Positions 27,900-32,000 of a stretch of 32,000 bases of DNA are shown here, in pieces (position 1 is the stretch's first letter; every line of letters begins with the position of its first letter). A program made the position numbers and the translations under genes. Source of the stretch: Aeropyrum pernix K1 (GTDB taxonomy: Archaea; Thermoproteota; Thermoprotei_A; Sulfolobales; Acidilobaceae); NCBI RefSeq assembly GCF_000011125.1, contig NC_000854.2:1637697-1669696 (forward strand), in the 5' to 3' direction. The notes under the pieces were generated by a model, which searched no databases, was not told the origin of the DNA, and saw nothing but the letters and a program-made list of their open reading frames with translations.

Positions 27900-27978
27900 G
27901 GGCCCGTAGCTCAGCCAGGACCAGAGCGCCGGCCTTCGGAGCCGGCGGTCCCGGGTTCAAATCCCGGCGGGCCCGCCA
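27900..27978 (+). tRNA. tRNA-Arg (anticodon UCG), intron-less, CCA encoded
   Basis: Hand-folded cloverleaf. Acceptor GGGCCCG/CGGGCCC, D arm GCTC-AGCCAGGACCA-GAGC, anticodon arm CCGGC-CTTCGGA-GCCGG, variable CGGTC, T arm CCGGG-TTCAAAT-CCCGG, discriminator G, then CCA. Confidence 0.93.
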
Positions 27979-28119
27979 CAACACACTCTAATCAATCATA
28001 AACCTACGCTTAGAATATATCGGTAACCGAGACCTAAGAAGGGTGCCGGGACTATTGCATGGTAGATTATCAGAAAGAATTCTATACATTAATCTGGAAG
28101 GTTAGGGTACAACTTTTAG

Positions 28120-28263
28120 CTATGGTACCCTCTTGAGGTCCTCGTCAAACGTTGCTAGCACCCTGATATTATAACGCTTGCATGTTATTGTTATCTATGC
28201 GTCACTGGGTGCAAGCCTGTATTGTCTGATCGCCTCTACTAGCTCTTTAGGATCCTGGTGATT
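28120..28263 (-). pseudogene. Remnant of the C-terminal third of a PIN-domain (vapC) gene with an internal TAG
   Basis: The minus-strand translation is NHQDPKELVEAIRQYRLAPSDA*ITITCKRYNIRVLATFDEDLKRVP*. It is homologous to the C-terminus of the cassette-3 vapC (..LLSNDSLIAATCKHYSINTIATREYRG). It has no N-terminal half. Confidence 0.6.
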
Positions 28264-28296
28264 TTTTATTATTACTTTGGCCGGGCTACGGGTCTG

Positions 28297-28749
28297 CTAT
28301 AATTTTGTGTAATCTTGGTTGTCGAGTAAGTAGTATGCTTTAACTCCAATTTTCTGAGCATTATCCTTCATGACTTTATCATTAGTTATCAGGATTCCAT
28401 CTACATGCTTAGCTGTTGCGATAAAGTATGCGTCAACCGCCCTACAACCGGTGATGAGTGCTATCTCAGCGGCTTTGTCGTGTAGTTCTTCTTCTCTTAC
28501 TACATTTACATGCTTCAATGTCGTGTCTACTATCCGAAGGGCTTGCTCTGGAGGGATTCTACGTACAAGGACTGCTCGGAGCTCTATTTCAAAGAGGAAA
28601 GGCTCATAAACTATTACATCCCGGAGAGATAGCTTATCGAGAACTGTTCTAGACCTCTCATGCCTCTCCGGGTCTCCAGGATATAGCAGGTAGTAGTCGG
28701 CAAAAACGCTAGTATCAATCACAACAACGTCTATAACTTGATCTGGCAA
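28297..28749 (-). CDS. vapC: PIN-domain toxin (VapC)
   Basis: PIN acidic residues sit in the usual contexts (VVIDTSVF.., ..YEPFLFE.., ..AVDAYFIATA.., ..ILITNDK). The start abuts the stop of the upstream antitoxin. Confidence 0.85.
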   Translation of the reverse strand: MPDQVIDVVVIDTSVFADYYLLYPGDPERHERSRTVLDKLSLRDVIVYEPFLFEIELRAVLVRRIPPEQALRIVDTTLKHVNVVREEELHDKAAEIALITGCRAVDAYFIATAKHVDGILITNDKVMKDNAQKIGVKAYYLLDNQDYTKL

Positions 28750-28944
28750 TTACCTCCTCTCCTCCACGAACTCCTTAACAGTATCTCGATCAGCCTTGAA
28801 CATGTATTTTCCGGCTTCGTCTTTGAAACCCCTGAAACTCTTTCGGACAACCACTACTTCCAGCTCTTCCCCCTCTCTGAGCACGACCTCTCCAATGGGC
28901 TTCAGGACTCCTTTTTCATACCTGACTCGGATAACCTTTGACAA
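28750..28944 (-). CDS. DUF104-type antitoxin (VapB-like)
   Basis: MSKVIRVRYEKGVLKPIGEV.LREGEELEV is the archaeal DUF104 antitoxin signature. TTG start. Immediately upstream of the PIN gene. Confidence 0.75.
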   Translation of the reverse strand: MSKVIRVRYEKGVLKPIGEVVLREGEELEVVVVRKSFRGFKDEAGKYMFKADRDTVKEFVEERR

Positions 28945-29108
28945 GCCTAGTCCCCATTGTAGCTAGTGTAGTTAGGACTCTAAGCCTTTAACCCTAAGCA
29001 TGTTGCATTATTATCAGCCTCGAGGATGCAGGCTGAGTATCAAGATGGAGTGCATGTTGCATCTTATCATGAAATAAATGCAACACAGGTATTTATAGAG
29101 CGGGTCTC

Positions 29109-29150
29109 CGGAGCCGGAGGTCCCGGGTTCAAATCCCGGCGGGCCCGCCA
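29109..29150 (+). repeat. Copy of the tRNA-Arg 3' part (att-like), 41/42 identical to 27937-27978
   Basis: CGGAGCCGGAGGTCCCGGGTTCAAATCCCGGCGGGCCCGCCA versus tRNA CGGAGCCGGCGGTCCC...GCCA. The 5' half of the tRNA is absent. Confidence 0.9.
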
Positions 29151-29171
29151 CTTATATAACTTTTACATGCT

Positions 29172-29615
29172 TTATTCTACCTTGAGTTTTCTAATTGCTT
29201 CTGTTATGCTCCATACCTCTATTATAGCATGATTTTTTATGTTGTCGAAGTCTTTATCGTTTGTAATTAGAATAGCCTTTGACCTTAGACAGGCCGCAGC
29301 GTGGTATATGTCGGCGAACTCGGTTTCTGGCATATAGGGTTTTACAATTTCTATATCTTCCTTTTTAGGCGTTACTACAGTTACCTTAGCTTCTAGCAGG
29401 CGGTATAGGGTTTCAGCTTGCTCTCTTATGTTTGGTACCCTGGAGGATAATCGGTGAAACCATTTCTTATATTCCTCCAATAATATGTTATCAGCTACTA
29501 GCTCTATGTCTGGGTCTAATAGGAGCCTTAGGAGCAGTTTTGTTGCCGCTGTGTATCCTGATTTGAAGGCTGCTATGAACAAGTTTGTGTCAACCATCAA
29601 TCTTCTCTTTGGCAA
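29172..29615 (-). CDS. vapC: PIN-domain toxin (VapC)
   Basis: LMVDTNLFIAAF.., ..FADIYHAAACL.., ..ILITNDKDF. Overlaps the upstream AbrB-type antitoxin by 26 nt. Confidence 0.85.
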   Translation of the reverse strand: MPKRRLMVDTNLFIAAFKSGYTAATKLLLRLLLDPDIELVADNILLEEYKKWFHRLSSRVPNIREQAETLYRLLEAKVTVVTPKKEDIEIVKPYMPETEFADIYHAAACLRSKAILITNDKDFDNIKNHAIIEVWSITEAIRKLKVE

Positions 29616-29850
29616 TCTTGTTGGCCTCCTCCTCCACCTTTCTGCCGAGCTCCTCCAAGTCTAGGCCAGACCTGGCTACCTCTTCAGCTATCTCTCTGGC
29701 AAGCCTCTCCACATCCACCCTCTTCAACACTAGCAAGTCGTTTTTTACATTAATAATAATGAAAGTGTCCCCCTTTTTCAACCCCAGCTTCCTCCGGAGC
29801 CTACTAGGGATAACAATACGACCCCTATCATCTACAACGACCAGACTCAA
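29590..29850 (-). CDS. vapB: AbrB/SpoVT-type antitoxin (VapB)
   Basis: The sequence VVDDRGRIVIPSRLRRKLGLKKGDTFIII is a swapped-hairpin AbrB DNA-binding motif. TTG start is preceded by GGTGAT. Confidence 0.8.
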   Translation of the reverse strand: MSLVVVDDRGRIVIPSRLRRKLGLKKGDTFIIINVKNDLLVLKRVDVERLAREIAEEVARSGLDLEELGRKVEEEANKIAKEKIDG

Positions 29851-29851
29851 A

Positions 29852-29897
29852 CATTATCACCCATTTATCCCATTTATCCCACTACTCCTATAAAAGT
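29852..29897 (-). promoter_or_regulatory. Candidate vapBC promoter/operator: TATA box plus tandem 9-mers
   Basis: On the minus strand, ACTTTTATAG (29888-29897) is followed by GGGATAAAT-GGGATAAAT-GGGTGATAATG directly before the TTG start. On the plus strand this is CCCATTTAT x2 at 29860-29877. Confidence 0.45.
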
Positions 29898-30030
29898 ATA
29901 CAACACAATTCAGGCGCAGTAATGCTAAACACGTTTCCAGATTATCGTATCGGATATCTATGTCGATAGCCGCTCTTGAAGAACGTTTCCAGTTGATGGT
30001 TTCCGCTGGAAACGCTGTTTATAAGTCTCG

Positions 30031-30082
30031 GGCCTTTGGAGCTGCTGGGGCCCCCCGGTCCCGATTACCGGTGGGCCCGCTA
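30031..30082 (+). repeat. Degenerate copy of the tRNA-Arg anticodon-loop-to-3'-end region (att-like remnant)
   Basis: GGCCTTTGGAGCTGCTGG..GGTCCCGATTACCGGTGGGCCCGCTA aligns to tRNA 27931-27978 with substitutions, an insertion of about 8 nt and a deletion in the T-loop. Confidence 0.7.
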
Positions 30083-30217
30083 CAAAACCCGCAAAACCAT
30101 CATTAACGTATGCTTAGAATATATCGATAACCGGGACCCTAAAAAGACGCCGAGCTCCTTGCAGGGTAGATTATCAGGCTGATAATACCACTAGCCTGGA
30201 AGCTTAAGGTATAACTT

Positions 30218-30662
30218 TTAGCCACGGTATTCTCTTGTTGCTATAGTGTTTATGCTGTAGTGTTTGCAGGTTGCGGCTATTAATGAGTCGTTCGATAGTA
30301 GTCCGTATTTGACGGCGATCCTGCCCGCTTCTTTTACTATCTCCATGGTTATGGGTAGGACTACTAGTCTTCCTTCGTCGTAGAGTTCTTCTAGAAAGGA
30401 TTGTAGTATGACGTATCCCTGTAGTATATCCTTTTCTGTCCTGGATAGTGAGGCCCTCATATTGTAGAATCTTGTATTCACCGTACTTTTCCATGTAGAG
30501 GAGTTTTAGGAGGTTGAATGCCACCTCACTATAAACTACTATAGCGTTTACGGCAAACTTGTATCCTCCCTCAATAATATCCTTAGCAGCAAGATCACTT
30601 GTAAAGTAGCGGAGGATGACGCTACTATCCAGGAACACTGCCTCTCTCAGAGATGTACTCAT
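30218..30662 (-). pseudogene. vapC: PIN-domain toxin (vapC) disrupted by a 1-nt frameshift
   Basis: The N-terminal PIN half (AVFLDSSVILRYF..VYSEVAFNLLKLL) is in the frame of ORF 30204..30662. The C-terminal half (..LLSNDSLIAATCKHYSINTIATR) is in the frame of ORF 30218..30481. The switch must occur near 30465-30500, a stretch that contains GGAAAAG. Confidence 0.7.
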
Positions 30663-30855
30663 AATAATCCTCCTCCCCAGTCTCTCGTTTTCTCACCTTC
30701 ACAATACCGAAGAACCGTCTAACACCTTTACTGCCGCTCCTCTCTTTTATTTCAAGGATAAGCTCCTCTCCTTCTTCCAGGTCGAGAGGCTCCAATGGCT
30801 TTAGCATGCCCTTTTCATACTTAGCGCGAATAACCTTAGACACTGCAACCACCAT
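30625..30855 (-). CDS. DUF104-type antitoxin (VapB-like)
   Basis: ..SKVIRAKYEKGMLKPLEPLDLEEGEELILEI is homologous to the 28750..28944 product. A GTG at 30843 would give MSKVIRAKY, matching its paralogue. Confidence 0.75.
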   Translation of the reverse strand: MVVAVSKVIRAKYEKGMLKPLEPLDLEEGEELILEIKERSGSKGVRRFFGIVKVRKRETGEEDYYEYISERGSVPG

Positions 30856-31007
30856 TGGCTATAAGGCGGGATCGATCCTCTAAGCCTTTACCCTAAGTAC
30901 GTTGCATATCTATCTATCTATTATGATAGGATGCTTGGATTATCTAGATGGAGTATATGTTGTATTCATCCATGCACTAATGCAAGACTAGTATTTATAG
31001 CGCTGTT

Positions 31008-31052
31008 CTTCGGAGCCGGCGGCTCGCGGGTTCAAACTCGCGTCGGGGCTGC
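31008..31052 (+). repeat. Diverged tRNA 3'-part copy (att-like remnant)
   Basis: CTTCGGAGCCGGCGG (31008-31022) is identical to tRNA 27934-27948. It is followed by a divergent T-arm-like segment CTCGCGGGTTCAAACTCGCG and a different acceptor strand, TCGGGGCTGC. Confidence 0.7.
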
Positions 31053-31142
31053 TGAATCATTACTAATTATCCTAATTATTTGATAGTATCCTTCTAATAG
31101 CGAGTTCTTTTAGACGTCTGTTATAGCTAACAGTGCATAATA

Positions 31143-31442
31143 TTATGATGTGAGTGGATAGGATTCTATGGTGCTTGATGTAATTATTATGAGGCGGGGT
31201 TTCTCCTTTAGTAACTCTAGGGCTTTTACTATATTTCTTGCTAATTTATCTAGGTTGTCTTTCCTTACGGGTTCAGCTATATAGATTATTCCGTACTTGG
31301 CATCCTTTCTTAGGTAGGGTTTGAGGAAGTCACTGTCCCGTGTGAGAATTATTCTCCTGCTGTCGTTGGCTATGCGTGCTACTTGCTTGTCGCTGATGCC
31401 TCTATAGCCTGTATCTGGTATCCACTCTACATCGAGGCCCAT
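31143..31442 (-). CDS. DUF5615/Mut7-C-like PIN-related putative toxin; N-terminus lacks a canonical start
   Basis: ..RIILTRDSDF.. and overall similarity to partners of DUF433 antitoxins. The same frame upstream encodes NLLADENVPRPLVKLLRD (to 31496), the usual N-terminus of this family, but has no ATG/GTG/TTG there. Confidence 0.55.
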   Translation of the reverse strand: MGLDVEWIPDTGYRGISDKQVARIANDSRRIILTRDSDFLKPYLRKDAKYGIIYIAEPVRKDNLDKLARNIVKALELLKEKPRLIIITSSTIESYPLTS

Positions 31443-31482
31443 ATCCCTAAGAAGTTTTACAAGGGGCCGGGGTACATTCTCG

Positions 31483-31725
31483 TCAGCTAGTAGATTCGAC
31501 GGCGACCACCTCGACTTTCCTTAGAGTTTCCAGCGCGTATCGTAGGGCCTCGTAGACCGCCTCTATTGGTATGCGGTAATTATCGGCAACCTCTTCTACA
31601 CTCCATCCATTGGCTAGCGCCTCGAGTATGTCATCTACTGTTATGCGTGTTCCCTTAACGGTTGGCCTACCGCCACGCCTACCAGGCACAACCTCTAGCC
31701 ACTTATATCCTGGCAAGAGAACCAT
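31483..31725 (-). CDS. DUF433-type antitoxin
   Basis: GGRPTVKGTRITVDDILEALANGWSVEEVADNYRIPIEAVYEALRYA is the DUF433 signature. The ATG at 31725 is preferred over the TTG run at 31749. Confidence 0.75.
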   Translation of the reverse strand: MVLLPGYKWLEVVPGRRGGRPTVKGTRITVDDILEALANGWSVEEVADNYRIPIEAVYEALRYALETLRKVEVVAVESTS

Positions 31726-31759
31726 AACAGCATTCACCAACAACAACAACTGCTCTAAC

Positions 31760-31771
31760 AGGCTATAGCCT
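31760..31771. promoter_or_regulatory. Perfect 12-bp palindrome AGGCTATAGCCT upstream of the DUF433 antitoxin gene (candidate operator)
   Basis: AGGCTA|TAGCCT is self-complementary and lies 35 nt upstream of the ATG at 31725. Confidence 0.35.
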
Positions 31772-32000
31772 TTATCCTATCAATTCAATCCCAAATGGAT
31801 AATTATTCGGAGGTTAACCAGATATAATACCATTAATTTCAGGGCATTAATCTACAATAGAATTGTTCTTATTTTCAATTGTTGAGGCTTAATTACCTAT
31901 ACAAGTCAAAGTAAAGTTAAGAACACATTCTCCTATCATCATAGTTAGCAATACTAGAATCTAACAACTCATACCATAATTAAAGACACAACGATTATTT

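Larger units (their letters stand above)
27979..32000. mobile_element. tRNA-Arg-linked genomic islet: tandem array of att-delimited toxin-antitoxin cassettes (distal end beyond the window)
   Basis: Base composition shifts to AT-rich right after the tRNA. Three further copies of the tRNA 3' part separate four TA cassettes. No integrase ORF was found in this window. Confidence 0.7.

Noticed and set aside
29109-31052. The tRNA fragments as genes for split-tRNA 3' halves (Nanoarchaeum/Caldivirga style), or as a CRISPR-like repeat array
   Set aside because: - There is no complementary leader and no matching 5' half.
- The 5' strand of the anticodon stem is missing.
- F3 has a broken T-arm.
- The 'spacers' are about 1 kb and protein-coding.
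- The intact tRNA-Arg sits next to the fragments, which fits att duplication better.

The conserved TTTATA box upstream keeps a transcript-based role open; see the findings.
27979-32000. Searched for an integrase, transposase or IS element inside the islet
   Set aside because: No ORF on either strand shows tyrosine-recombinase or DDE-transposase motifs, or even a suitable length. All credible ORFs here are TA components. Any recombinase must therefore be encoded elsewhere.

Overview
The window looks like a GC-rich chromosome of a hyperthermophilic crenarchaeon, possibly of the Desulfurococcales/Pyrodictiaceae type. This is an inference from three things: AGG/ATA-rich codon usage; frequent TTG/GTG starts with GGTGA-type Shine-Dalgarno sequences and TTTATA promoter boxes; and archaeal DUF104/PIN gene pairs.

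Positions 1-27.9 kb are ordinary core genome:
- a radical-SAM gene cut by the window edge
- an ABC-2 exporter pair
- a flavin-reductase-like gene
- a divergent lipoate-ligase-like gene
- a GltPh-type glutamate/aspartate symporter
- a metallo-beta-lactamase-fold (MBL) protein
- a four-gene BMP/nucleoside-type ABC importer
- a rhodanese plus TusA-like sulfur-relay pair
- a 610-aa multi-cluster radical-SAM enzyme that may be the tetraether lipid synthase
- a DDAH/amidinotransferase-fold enzyme
- an acetyl-CoA synthetase broken by a single in-frame TAA
- a TtrBCA-ordered molybdopterin oxidoreductase operon with a TorD-type chaperone
- an MFS transporter

At 27900 there is an intact tRNA-Arg(UCG). 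Everything downstream of it (27.98-32.0 kb) is visibly more AT-rich. That stretch is a tandem array of four cassettes of about 1 kb, each carrying a toxin-antitoxin pair: DUF104/PIN, AbrB/PIN, DUF104/PIN and DUF433/DUF5615-like. The cassettes are separated by progressively degraded copies of the 3' part of the tRNA. Each of those copies is preceded by the same architecture: two direct and one inverted 8-9 bp motif, then a TTTATA box. No integrase lies in the window.

I consider this tRNA-anchored, att-delimited cassette array the most interesting candidate system here. Secondary oddities:
- the split acs gene
- a TusA-like ORF whose catalytic Cys lies upstream of any canonical start codon
- decayed or displaced vapC genes
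- an exact tandem 15-bp repeat in a divergent promoter region

No CRISPR array, rRNA gene or transposase was seen.
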